Below the pieces are notes generated by a model. It had not been told where the DNA came from. It made no database searches and worked only from the letters and a program-made list of their open reading frames with translations. Made by a program: the position numbers and the translations under genes. A DNA stretch of 64,000 bases from Thermodesulfobacteriota bacterium (lineage in GTDB: Bacteria; Desulfobacterota; Binatia; Bin18). Shown here in pieces: positions 21,275-30,586 of the stretch (the first letter of the stretch is position 1; every line of letters begins with the position of its first letter). The DNA lies in NCBI GenBank assembly GCA_964291405.2, contig OZ219926.1, forward strand, positions 448,001-512,000, read 5' to 3'.

Positions 21275-21380
21275 GCACGCCGCCTGCGGACGCCTAGTCT
21301 CACTAGCGTAAATTCTATAGGCTGCGCAGGACGGCACTCGCCAGAGCGAGAATCCATACACCTGAGAAAGAGAGAAAAAT

Positions 21381-21908
21381 ATGAGCGAACACACCAACCC
21401 GAGGGTATTTTTTGATATCACGATCGGAGATGATGCGGCCGGACGGATCGTTTTTGAACTCAGAGCCGATGTCGTTCCCGAAACCGCAGAAAATTTTCGA
21501 GCGCTGTGTACCGGCGAGAAAGGAGCCGGTCAATCCGGCAAACCGTTGCACTACAAGGGTTCGACGTTTCATCGCATCATTCCCGACTTCATGTGTCAGG
21601 GGGGAGATTTTACCAACGGCAATGGTACCGGGGGAGAGTCTATCTACGGTTCCAAGTTTGCCGACGAGAATTTCCAACTCAAGCATACCGACCCTGGCTT
21701 GCTGAGCATGGCCAATGCCGGTCCTGGCACGAACGGCTCCCAATTCTTTATTACTACCACCCAGACACCGTGGCTGGACGGCAAGCACGTGGTGTTTGGC
21801 AGTGTGGTCGAGGGCATGGACGTGGTCCGTACCATGGAGGCCCAGGGCAGTCAGAGCGGACAACCCAGGCAGCGTATTGTGATTACCGATTGTGGTCAGC
21901 TCGACTAG
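21381..21908 (+). CDS. Peptidylprolyl isomerase, cyclophilin type (eukaryote-like, divergent loop)
   Basis: VFFDI.IG...[67 protein letters not shown]. Confidence 0.96.
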   Translation: MSEHTNPRVFFDITIGDDAAGRIVFELRADVVPETAENFRALCTGEKGAGQSGKPLHYKGSTFHRIIPDFMCQGGDFTNGNGTGGESIYGSKFADENFQLKHTDPGLLSMANAGPGTNGSQFFITTTQTPWLDGKHVVFGSVVEGMDVVRTMEAQGSQSGQPRQRIVITDCGQLD

Positions 21909-21965
21909 GGCGCCCAAGCAAGGCCGGACAGCACCGGCATATGACGAAAAGGAGGGATGGACAGC

Positions 21966-22781
21966 ATGCCGACCGTCTCTGCCAATCAGTGTGAAATGTA
22001 TTACGAGGTTGATGACTTCACTGATCCCTGGATAACGGACAAGGAGACGGTGTGGCTCCAACATGGTGTCGGTCGGAGTACCAAGTTTTGGCATCACTGG
22101 GTTCCTCCGCTGGCGCGTCACTATCAAGTGATCCGTCGCGATATGCGTGGGCACGGCCAGTCTGCTGATCCCGGCCCGGATCATCGCTGGTCATTGGACG
22201 AGCTGGTCACGGATATGCACGACTTCATGGACGCGCTTGGTCTCCAGCAAGTGCACTATGTGGGCGAATCCATCGGCGGTATCCTCGGTGTGCTCTTTGC
22301 TACGCGTTGGCCGGAGCGACTCAAGAGCCTGACGATTTGCAATTCACCGACGACAATTCGCCCGGCAGGCACACGCGCCTTGTCCGGTAAGCAGGGCAAC
22401 CTGCACCAGCTCCTGGCCTCCGAAGGGTCTGTCGGCTGGGGCCGTTTGATGATTGAGCGTAAGATCATCAGCGGAAACAGCCCGGAGCACATTGAATGGG
22501 TGCTCAAGGAGTGGGCGAAAACACCGGCCCATGTCTTACAAGGGATTACCAAGACGCTAGACGGTGCGGATACGGCGCCGCTCCTGCCTCAGGTCAGCGT
22601 CCCGACGCTGGTACTGGCTCCTGCCAACAGTCCGATCACACCCCTGACCGACCAGCTCTCCATGCGCACGGGGATTCCCAACGCGCGAATTGCCATTGTC
22701 GAAGGCCCTGGGCACGAAATCTATGTAGATAGACCCGAGGAGTGCCTGAGCGCCTTACAGAACTTCCTGGAGTCGCTCTAG
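21966..22781 (+). CDS. Alpha/beta fold hydrolase
   Basis: LQHGVG, DMRGHGQS, GESIGG nucleophile motif, GPGHE. Confidence 0.88.
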   Translation: MPTVSANQCEMYYEVDDFTDPWITDKETVWLQHGVGRSTKFWHHWVPPLARHYQVIRRDMRGHGQSADPGPDHRWSLDELVTDMHDFMDALGLQQVHYVGESIGGILGVLFATRWPERLKSLTICNSPTTIRPAGTRALSGKQGNLHQLLASEGSVGWGRLMIERKIISGNSPEHIEWVLKEWAKTPAHVLQGITKTLDGADTAPLLPQVSVPTLVLAPANSPITPLTDQLSMRTGIPNARIAIVEGPGHEIYVDRPEECLSALQNFLESL

Positions 22782-22825
22782 CCGTGAGGCTTTGAGCCAC
22801 TGCGCCCTGGAGGTCAGAAAGCAGA

Positions 22826-22850
22826 GCGGAAGGGGAGAGCGACCTTCCGC
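22826..22850. terminator. Stem-loop between convergent genes (possible terminator)
   Basis: GCGGAAGG-N9-CCTTCCGC perfect 8-bp stem between the hydrolase and MAPEG stop codons; U tract weak. Confidence 0.45.
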
Positions 22851-22864
22851 CCTCAGCGGTGCGG

Positions 22865-23269
22865 CTAACCGCCCATGCCGCCCATAAACACCGCGACACA
22901 CAGCACGACGCCGCCGATATACGTGCCGAGAGCGCCGACGAGACGGAGAGGATGAGGTTGCGCGAGCGTCGAACAGGCGATCATGCCGATGGCGTGCAGA
23001 TAGCGACAGGCGGTCACCAGTATCATCGTCCACATGACCCAGGCCGGGACGGCCTCTGCGCCCATCGCCGCGATGAGCATGAGCAGGGCCAACATGGGCG
23101 CGTACTCGGCTGCGTTGCCGTGAGCACGTACCATTTTATATAAGCGGTCGGTGGGGTCCGCATTGACACCACTGGTGGTTTCCGTTTTCCCGCGTGTCAT
23201 AGAAACCATAAAGCCGAGTACAAAGACCAACAAACCCAGTAAACCGGAACATAGGACTGCCGTTTCCAT
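22865..23269 (-). CDS. MAPEG family membrane protein
   Basis: VS..R, VRAHGNAAEYAP, RYLHAIG, R.VG; four hydrophobic helices; AGGAGG RBS. Confidence 0.9.
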   Translation of the reverse strand: METAVLCSGLLGLLVFVLGFMVSMTRGKTETTSGVNADPTDRLYKMVRAHGNAAEYAPMLALLMLIAAMGAEAVPAWVMWTMILVTACRYLHAIGMIACSTLAQPHPLRLVGALGTYIGGVVLCVAVFMGGMGG

Positions 23270-23411
23270 ATGCGCCTCCTTCGTGTTGAACACTTTAATC
23301 TGGGAAGTATGCTGCTCTCCGCGACCTCTTACCTGGGGCCTTCTGTATCGTGCGTCCGAAAGATCATTCGAGTCAAGACTTGGGGGGAAATAGTTGTCAG
23401 GGTAAAAAGCA

Positions 23412-23466
23412 ATAGGTCGGGTGAGCGGAGCGTAAACCAACTTACACCATCACTAACCCGATCCAC
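23412..23466. repeat. Degenerate GTAG-type REP-like inverted repeat
   Basis: ATAGGTCGGGTGAGCGGAGCGTAAACCAAC...CACTAACCCGATCCAC; the outer arms pair imperfectly. Lies at the edge of the low-GC nuclease remnant. Confidence 0.4.
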
Positions 23467-23489
23467 ATGGTTGAACCTGGACAGTTCCG

Positions 23490-24195
23490 TTATTCTTCAG
23501 GCATCACACGTTGGGGATTAGGTAGCCATAGTCCATTTTTATCCGGCTGATAATCCTCTAGCCACATTAAGAGGTCCTTTTTATCTTTCATTTCAATGCC
23601 TCGTAGAGAGAGTTCAAGAGGAGTATATTTACGCACACTTCTAAAGCCGCCTGTTGAGACGATGAGTCCTGCATGCCAGCCAAATTGGTCGCGTTCCGTT
23701 ATCATTGCTCCCAAAACTTCATTGATGACCTGAATCCCGATAGCGTTACGATTCCGTTTTACCTCAATGAAAAAACGGAGCTTAACCCCAAGGGGGTCAT
23801 AGTTAGCAGCAGCATAGATATCAGCCGAAGTTTTCGGATCACGTCCAACGAGCCGTACATCCTGGAATCCACGTGTTGCCAAGAATTCTCCCACAAGGTG
23901 TTCAAAAACATCCCACCGTAGTTTATCGAGGTCATCGTTGTGTGACTTTAGATGGGCGATAAGATCAGGCGTGAGTGTTTCAGCCGCCTCGACAACATCA
24001 ACCAGCCTTGTGGGAGGTGAACGAAATGGTAGTGTTTGCGTTAGTAGCTCATTAATTGGTTTAGAAAGTGTCTTTTCAATATCTTCAAAAGATCGGCCCG
24101 CTCCTCTGAGCTGCGCAAGCGCATTGTAATTTATAAAATCTATTTCTTGAGGGGTCAGGCCCAGAACTTTTGCAATTTCCGTGGGAGAGTGTTCA
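23490..24195 (-). pseudogene. 5'-truncated gene: sigma70-region-4-like HTH plus Mrr-type restriction endonuclease domain
   Basis: The frame stays open upstream of the GTG at 23894: EHSPTEIAKVLGLTPQEIDFINYNALAQLR...LRWDVFEHLVGEFLATRGF...SADIYA...FIEVKR...GLIVSTGGF. No start codon before it runs into the neighbouring gene; visibly AT-richer than flanks. Confidence 0.7.
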
Positions 24196-25054
24196 TGATG
24201 CTGAGGATTTCTTCCACCAGCCAGCGGATGCCCCGATATTCGTCCTGGTCCAGTTCGTCCAGAAAATCGACTAGCTCACGCAGCAGGGCAAAATTCGTCG
24301 GGATATAGCGCTTGGCGTTTCCCAGCGTGACTGCGGTCGTCTCCCCGGCATTGAGCTTCGCCAGGAACAGCCCATAGCCCAGCGTTTGGGCAAAGGCGTC
24401 GGCAAATTCCTTGAGGGTCAGTTCCTGGAACACCTCTTCCTTGAACACCACGTACAGCCCGTACAGCCGCCCTTCCTGATGTTCCTTCTCTTGTCGTTTC
24501 AGTTCTTCCAACAGGAAATCGCGCAGGTCGTGACAGCGCACAGCTAAGGCGCGGGACAAGATGTTGGTGTTGCCTAACTTGGCCGGTGGGACGGACAGGA
24601 AGCCAGCTATCAGCTTGGCGACTTTTGCTGCCTTGTCCGGGTCGAGGCGCGCCCTGCGGTTGCCTGTATCACTGGGGTAGCAGAGCGTTTCACGCTGGAT
24701 GATTGCGCCGTCTCTCAACCATATCCACTCCAGATAGTCGGTGAGGATGAGATTCCCGGACAGTCGTTTGTATTTGGCGATTTGATCGGAGTGCAGAATC
24801 GCGTCCAGGTTGTCGCCAATGGGCTTGGTTTCGAGATAGCCCAGGATTGCTTCATGCAATTTGATCTTGAAATCGGGCGCGCCCAGCCTGGTCTTGTCTC
24901 GCTTGGGCTCGTGAATGATGACGATATTCGAGTTTTTGTCGGCAGCAAGAGTGTTCAGCAGACTTTCCAATGCGCCGCGTAGAGTGTGTTCGGTGGCTTC
25001 GGTAGTATCCAGGCTTTTGATGGTCTTGAAGTAGGGGCTCAATGGGATGGTCAT
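24155..25054 (-). pseudogene. N-terminal fragment of a type IIG/ISP-like restriction-modification enzyme (N-6 DNA methylase family)
   Basis: EHTLR..LE.LL, HEPKR...GAPDFKI, GYLETK, NLILTDYLEW, FADAFAQTLGYGLFLAKL. Stops at 299 aa, before any methyltransferase motifs. Confidence 0.75.
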
Positions 25055-25078
25055 GCCCGCCCGTCCTCTCCGTTAGAC

Positions 25079-25477
25079 TCAGATGAACACGGCGGGTGAG
25101 ACATGAAACCGCTTGGCGAGGGCGCGTATGTGTTGGACGCTCAGTTCCTGTTTACCGCTCAAGACCTCTGACACAATCTCTTGAGAGCCGATTTCAGGAA
25201 AACTAGCCCGCGTCAGTCCATGCTCCTCCATGAAGAAGCCAAGCACCTCCCGTCCACTACAATCAGGGATAGCGTGATGCCGCTCTTCATACGCATGGAT
25301 GAGGGTGCCCAGGGTATCCAGAAGTTCATATAGTGGATGGGCCTCGTCCGTGCCGATTTCGTCGATGAGGTCGTTGAGATATTCAACAGCTTGTTCGTAT
25401 TGCGCATCGTTCCGTATGGCCAAGAGCGGACGAAGGGCTAACCAATGCTGTTGGAGATTTTTTTCAAGCGTGGTCAT
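25079..25477 (-). CDS. higA: HigA-family antitoxin (HTH)
   Basis: IRNDAQYEQA...L.TLI.AYE, VLGFFMEEHGL...EIGSQ..VSEVLSGK.EL....IRALAKRF.V; ATGA overlap with the toxin stop. Confidence 0.88.
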   Translation of the reverse strand: MTTLEKNLQQHWLALRPLLAIRNDAQYEQAVEYLNDLIDEIGTDEAHPLYELLDTLGTLIHAYEERHHAIPDCSGREVLGFFMEEHGLTRASFPEIGSQEIVSEVLSGKQELSVQHIRALAKRFHVSPAVFI

Positions 25478-25761
25478 TGCTTCCACCTTTCCCGATCATA
25501 TTGACTGTGCGTCAAGACATGGCGAATATAGACCTTACCCCGGTTAAAATGAACCGAGGCTATCAAGCGATATTTGTTCCCACCGATGTTGAAGACAATC
25601 AGATCGTCAACATAATCTGCGGCAGGAAAGGTCGCTCGGAGTTCGGAAAAATTCTGAAAATCCGTTGTCCTCATAATTTTGAACCACCGGACCAGCCCAG
25701 TCTTGCTGTCAGGCTGTTCTTCCCAGAAATCTTTCAATGCTTTACGGCTGATGACGTGCAC
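25474..25761 (-). CDS. higB: HigB-family toxin
   Basis: MHVISRKALKDFW, VFNIGGNKYRLIA, IRHVLTH.QYD...W; toxin-first order. Confidence 0.92.
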   Translation of the reverse strand: MHVISRKALKDFWEEQPDSKTGLVRWFKIMRTTDFQNFSELRATFPAADYVDDLIVFNIGGNKYRLIASVHFNRGKVYIRHVLTHSQYDRERWKQ

Positions 25762-25882
25762 GACTGCGCAATATCTTATAGCAAGCTATCCCTCAACTAA
25801 GCAGGCATACAGATTACGTGTTTTCTTCTATCTCCCTTTGGCGTAGGGTGTGGCTGTACGATGACGTACTGAGGAGGACAGC

Positions 25883-26800
25883 ATGACCAGCGTATCGCAA
25901 CTCGGGTATTTGGGACTGAGCGTCAGTGACATGGCCGCCTGGGAACAATTCGCCACCTCGGTGCTTGGGCTGGCTGTGAGCGAACACGCCGATGACGGCT
26001 CGCTCTATCTGCGGATGGATGAGTACCACCATCGCTTTCTTGTGCATCCGACGGGCAATGATGACCTCGCCTATATTGGCTGGGAAGTTGCCGATGAACA
26101 TGCTTTACATGCAGTGGCAGAACAACTCGGGGCAGCCGGTGTCGAAGTTACCCCAGGCACGCCTGAGGAGCGAGCTGTCCGCCGGGTGGCCGGGCTGATT
26201 CGCTTCCAGGATCCGAGCGGTATTCTGTCAGAGATTTTCTATGGCCCGCTCGTCCATTTTGACAGACCATTTCAGTCTCCACGGCCGATCTCGGGCTTTA
26301 AGACCGGTGAGCAGGGCTTGGGGCATTTTGTGATCCTGGTCAATGACGCCGAGCAGAGCATCAACTTTTACCGAGATGTCCTGGGGATGCGGATCAGCGA
26401 CTATGTCCATATCACGCCTGCTCCGGGCACAACTTTTCAGGCCACCTTTTTCCACTGCAATCCGCGCCATCATTCGCTCGCCTTTGTCGAAGCCCCCAAC
26501 CCGCCCAAGCGTTTGAATCATTTCATGCTGCAGACACAGTCGCTGAACGATGTTGGTTCAACTTACTATTTATGCCAGGACCAGGACGTGCCGATTACGA
26601 TGAGCCTGGGCCGTCATACCAACGACCATATGACCTCGTTCTATATGCAGACGCCGTCCGGCTTTGCGGTTGAATACGGCTGGGGCGCACGGGAAGTGGA
26701 CGACGCGACTTGGCAGGTCCAAATGCACACCTCTGGTAGCATTTGGGGCCATGTCCGGCGGACACCCGGTCTGGGCGGTGTCGCGCAGGAGCAGGCGTAG
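25883..26800 (+). CDS. Extradiol ring-cleavage dioxygenase (BphC/HsaC-like)
   Basis: LGYLGL.VSD..AW, LRMDEYHHR, GLGHFV, CNPRHHSLA, LNHFMLQ, LGRHTNDHMTSFY..TPSGF.VEYG. Confidence 0.92.
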   Translation: MTSVSQLGYLGLSVSDMAAWEQFATSVLGLAVSEHADDGSLYLRMDEYHHRFLVHPTGNDDLAYIGWEVADEHALHAVAEQLGAAGVEVTPGTPEERAVRRVAGLIRFQDPSGILSEIFYGPLVHFDRPFQSPRPISGFKTGEQGLGHFVILVNDAEQSINFYRDVLGMRISDYVHITPAPGTTFQATFFHCNPRHHSLAFVEAPNPPKRLNHFMLQTQSLNDVGSTYYLCQDQDVPITMSLGRHTNDHMTSFYMQTPSGFAVEYGWGAREVDDATWQVQMHTSGSIWGHVRRTPGLGGVAQEQA

Positions 26801-26845
26801 GACGCTGTGTGGTTCCGATTATTCGGGAGCACTCAATTAAGAAGA

Positions 26846-26881
26846 CCCCTCACCCTACCCCTCTCCCTCGGAGAGAGGGGA
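26846..26881. repeat. CCCTCTCCC/GAGAGGGG-type REP-like palindrome
   Basis: CCCCTCACCCTACCCCTCTCCCTCGGAGAGAGGGGA between convergent genes; resembles a widespread intergenic repeat family. Confidence 0.6.
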
Positions 26882-26907
26882 CGAAGGGTAGGACGACCGC
26901 AGCTTCC

Positions 26908-27684
26908 TCAAGTCGGCAGATTGTCCAGGTAAGCCCGGACAATATGGTCAAAGGTTTCGGGCTGTTCCTCATACGTCCAGTGACCAGCCTGAGGAATGAC
27001 TTCGAGTTGACAGTGCGGCATTCGGTCGTGGAAGTACTCGGAATATTTGACCGGCGTAAAATAATCTTCGTCTCCGCAGATGGCGATCGACGGGGTGTGG
27101 ATGTTGGTGACTCGGCTCATACAGTCGAACATGTCGTCGCTGATCCAATCCTTGTAGGTCACCTTCGGATCGGTCTCGGACGTCAAGGCATTGAGCGTAT
27201 CGATGATGGACTGGGGCGTGCTTTTGGCGAAGCCTAAACGCGGATCGATAGCAATCCCGGCTTCGCCCGCAGCCAGTTGGCGCGAGTTCTCAAGGACGTT
27301 CGGGTCCACCCGCAGCCGCGCGCCCGTATCAATGAGCATCATGCCGGTAAGACGGTCCGCATAATAGATGGCCGTGGTCAGGGCGATCCCGCCGCCGAGC
27401 GAATGCCCGGCAATCACAAACCGATCCCAGCCCAAATGGTCGGCCAGCCGGACCGTATAATGGGTGTAGTCCGCCGCACCACGAAAACCGGTGCCGGACG
27501 ATTGGCCGTGTCCCGGCAGGTCTATCGCCACCGGCGTATGATGGTCGGCTATCGCCCGCATATGCCTATGCCACACCCGGCCGTCACAGCCGGTTCCGTG
27601 GACGTATAGGACGCGCTGTCCGTGTGAGCTGTCGCCAATGGTGTGATAGTGTATCCGCAGTCCGTCAATGTCAGCGTATCCCAT
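26908..27684 (-). CDS. Alpha/beta fold hydrolase
   Basis: VHGTG, DLPGHGQS, GHSLGG, GDED, AGHW. Confidence 0.9.
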   Translation of the reverse strand: MGYADIDGLRIHYHTIGDSSHGQRVLYVHGTGCDGRVWHRHMRAIADHHTPVAIDLPGHGQSSGTGFRGAADYTHYTVRLADHLGWDRFVIAGHSLGGGIALTTAIYYADRLTGMMLIDTGARLRVDPNVLENSRQLAAGEAGIAIDPRLGFAKSTPQSIIDTLNALTSETDPKVTYKDWISDDMFDCMSRVTNIHTPSIAICGDEDYFTPVKYSEYFHDRMPHCQLEVIPQAGHWTYEEQPETFDHIVRAYLDNLPT

Positions 27685-27713
27685 ACGTTCTCCTTCGTTG
27701 GCTGTCTGCCTGG

Positions 27714-28154
27714 CTATGCAGAGACACCCGTATCAGCCATCAGTCCAGCCGCTTCAATGCCGGCCACGGCGCATTCCTCATCAATATCCGAAGTATCACC
27801 CGATATCCCGATCGCCCCGATAATGGACTGAGACCCATCTCGGATCAGCACCCCACCCGGCACCGGCACGAGCTTCCCCTGAGCAACTGCGGTCAATGCT
27901 TGCACGAAATGGGGCCGCTCGACCGCAACACTGCCCAGCACCCGAGACGAGCGGCCCATGCCCAACGCGCCCCAGGCCTTGCCGATCGCCACATCGGCAC
28001 GCATCAGACTGGTTCCGTCTTCGCGCTGAAAAGACTGAAGCTGTCCGGTTTCATCCAACACCGCGACCGCGAGTGGAGCGGTCTTCATAGCACGGGCCTT
28101 TTGGAGTGCCGCAGTGACAATCGTATTTGCCGTTTCCAGGGGTAAGCGAGCCAT
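27714..28154 (-). CDS. GlcG/HbpS family heme-binding protein
   Basis: AVAVLD..G.L....R.DG, A.GKAW, PGGVLI, IGAIGISG...D.DE..A.AG. Confidence 0.9.
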   Translation of the reverse strand: MARLPLETANTIVTAALQKARAMKTAPLAVAVLDETGQLQSFQREDGTSLMRADVAIGKAWGALGMGRSSRVLGSVAVERPHFVQALTAVAQGKLVPVPGGVLIRDGSQSIIGAIGISGDTSDIDEECAVAGIEAAGLMADTGVSA

Positions 28155-28210
28155 AGCGTCCTCCGATTCCTCCGGCGATCCCGTTATTGGTCCTAACATT
28201 GATCCTATCG

Positions 28211-29317
28211 TTACAGAGAGACGACTGCCTCGCGGTGGATACGCATGAGTGCGGGTATGGTTTCGGGTGAGCGACGCCCAAACCCGCACTCAGTTGCAAT
28301 GCCAAATCCACTCGCATGTTTCTGAGCTGTCTCTAAGCGTTTCAGGGTTCCCCGGATACCATCCGTGTGGTGAACAAGGCCCAAGAAGAGCTTGGCATCT
28401 GCAATGGCAAGATCAGCCAATGGGGCAAAGTAGCCATCATCGTCACGATTTCTGGGTACAGGCATATGAACGAAATCAACCGGACGGCTGACCGCAGCAA
28501 CCCCGGCATTCGCCATCCGCACAACCACCCCCAAATCTTGAGGCTCCTTGAAATGTTTATGACCTAGGTCGCCATAACACAGATGGAGTCCAAGCAGGGT
28601 CTCGTCCGCAACGTGTTGAGACAGGTCCACCAGTGCCTGCACATAACGCTCGAACGGGTCGCCCGGAGCATCCCAGGGAAGCCCCAGCAGTGGATCATGG
28701 TCGTTGCTTTCAATGCTGGCCACCTCCGCCGCAATGTCCCATTGGATGGCGAGATCGCGAGGAGGAATCTCCTGGCCGAGACGCGCAAGCTCCCGCCCCA
28801 TGGCATCCCGATACGCGTCCCACATGGGCTGGAACGACTCGGGTGAATGCCCAAGGAAGAGGCGTGTACCGCTTTCAATCAGGGGGAGGGATACCTGAAA
28901 GCGCACGCCCTGAGGAATGATCCCCTGGTCACGGAGCGTACAGAACGTTCGGTAGGAATGCTTGGCTTCCTGCGCATAGCCGAGTTGTTCGAAATGGAGG
29001 GGACCCGTTCCCTCTTTGACTTTGAACTGCCAGTGATCCTGAAAACCACGCGGCATCCAGTCCATGTCTGGATTACGCCACTCATCAGGCGCGTTGGGAT
29101 CGATCGGCTGCGGACGGGTGATACTTTCCAACTGCTCAGATACTGCATACGTTTCCGCAGCCAGGAAGTTAATCCAGCCTTGTCGGTAGCCCGTTTCGCC
29201 GTCGGGCAAAGCAAACAGGCTATCGCCTAAGCCCTTGGCACAGCTGGCCATCACAGCCTGCGCAGTGTTTCCCGGCACACTGCCGACCAACAACACAGAA
29301 CCTGTGACACGAGACAT
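28211..29317 (-). CDS. Cobalamin-independent methionine synthase II/URO-D superfamily protein, function unknown
   Basis: LVGSVP, PDGETG.R..WI, IQWD.A.E, GLHLCYGD and ATECGFGR (candidate Zn ligands). Confidence 0.7.
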   Translation of the reverse strand: MSRVTGSVLLVGSVPGNTAQAVMASCAKGLGDSLFALPDGETGYRQGWINFLAAETYAVSEQLESITRPQPIDPNAPDEWRNPDMDWMPRGFQDHWQFKVKEGTGPLHFEQLGYAQEAKHSYRTFCTLRDQGIIPQGVRFQVSLPLIESGTRLFLGHSPESFQPMWDAYRDAMGRELARLGQEIPPRDLAIQWDIAAEVASIESNDHDPLLGLPWDAPGDPFERYVQALVDLSQHVADETLLGLHLCYGDLGHKHFKEPQDLGVVVRMANAGVAAVSRPVDFVHMPVPRNRDDDGYFAPLADLAIADAKLFLGLVHHTDGIRGTLKRLETAQKHASGFGIATECGFGRRSPETIPALMRIHREAVVSL

Positions 29318-29350
29318 TATGATTTGCCTTTCCAATTCACTCAAACCAGC

Positions 29351-30523
29351 CTATCTCATAGGGTCGGCATCGGGCAGACCGAGCAGAAACTGCCCGTAAT
29401 TTTCATAGGCTGAATCATTGACCATCAGATGGGCCGCGGCGGTATGCAAATCCCGCAGGCAGCGCTGCAAGACATGCTCCAAGCGCACGGCGCTGCCCGC
29501 ACCAGCACGAAAGGCGTGAGTCGTAATCTCAAGCGCTACGTCCGTGGCCAGGGCCGCGACGCTACGCATTTCAGCCTGGAGCGCCGGACCCGGCAACCGG
29601 CCGGCGCTAGCCGTCTGCCAGGCTCTTTCGAGGATATCGATAACGACCAAGCGTGTTCCGCGCAACCGGAGGGCTGCCTGGGCTATCATCCTTTGAACGA
29701 CGGCTCTATCGCTCAAACGCTGTTGAGGCCCATAGCCTCGTTTCTTTGATTGGGCCAGCTCAATAATCGCGTCAAGCGCACAGCGGGCAATACCCAGTGC
29801 AAAGGCTGCGTGTTCATTCGCCACATAGCCCGGCCAGCCCATGAGATATAAGGGCCCGCCACGCTGTGGCGGCGTACTGCCTACGGCAAAAGTAAACGCC
29901 TCGGGAACAAACAGGTCCGAGACCGCGTAGTCACAACTGCCGGTGCCTTTCATGCCAAGCACATGCCAGTTGTCGATGACCTGAGCTTGGGCAATCGGGA
30001 AGACCACGGCCCGCACCTCTGGTGTCTGGGAGTCACGCTCGACCAAGGTTTGAACCAATACCCATTCGGCATAGCGGATGCCGCTGCCCCACGACCAGCG
30101 ACCACTAACACGGTAGCCGCCCTGCTCGGGCACAGCTCGGCCGGGCATCAAGCCGCCCGCCATGGTCGGGACGCGACCATGGGGGAACACTGTGGCTATG
30201 GTTTCGTCCGGGAGAAAGGCGCCAGCCATGCCAACAATGGCAGCGCCAATAAACATACACCAGCCCGCAGACGGATTGATCCTTGTTACAGCCTCAATCA
30301 CTTCTAATTGCGTCACCGGGTCGGCCTCGGCCCCACCGAGCTCCGCCGGCAGTTTCAGCTTGAACAGGCCGGCCTCGCTCAAGGCCGCCACCGAGGCGTC
30401 GGGCAGCGTCCGGGCTTCCTCGGCTTCGTCTATCTGGGCGGCAAGCGTCCCCCGGACCTGCTCGACTGCCTGCAGGAGTACCTGCCGCTTCTCAGCCCGT
30501 TCTGTGGGGAAGGATACCGGCAT
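29351..30523 (-). CDS. Acyl-CoA dehydrogenase-fold flavin-dependent monooxygenase (HsaA/NcnH-like)
   Basis: GLFKL.LP.ELGG, SAGWC, VSGRW.WGSG, DNWHVLGMKGTGS, LQRCLRDLH.A..H. Confidence 0.85.
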   Translation of the reverse strand: MPVSFPTERAEKRQVLLQAVEQVRGTLAAQIDEAEEARTLPDASVAALSEAGLFKLKLPAELGGAEADPVTQLEVIEAVTRINPSAGWCMFIGAAIVGMAGAFLPDETIATVFPHGRVPTMAGGLMPGRAVPEQGGYRVSGRWSWGSGIRYAEWVLVQTLVERDSQTPEVRAVVFPIAQAQVIDNWHVLGMKGTGSCDYAVSDLFVPEAFTFAVGSTPPQRGGPLYLMGWPGYVANEHAAFALGIARCALDAIIELAQSKKRGYGPQQRLSDRAVVQRMIAQAALRLRGTRLVVIDILERAWQTASAGRLPGPALQAEMRSVAALATDVALEITTHAFRAGAGSAVRLEHVLQRCLRDLHTAAAHLMVNDSAYENYGQFLLGLPDADPMR

Positions 30524-30586
30524 GAGCGTGCCTCTTTTACTCCTCTGCGTGCGCGCCGAGTTTTGGGCCGGTCTTTACCTCAGCCA

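Noticed and set aside
23440-23495. Integron attC site after the Mrr-like gene
   Set aside because: TAAC and GTTAG are present, but there is no convincing L-box pairing, cassette array or integrase; a degenerate REP explains it better.
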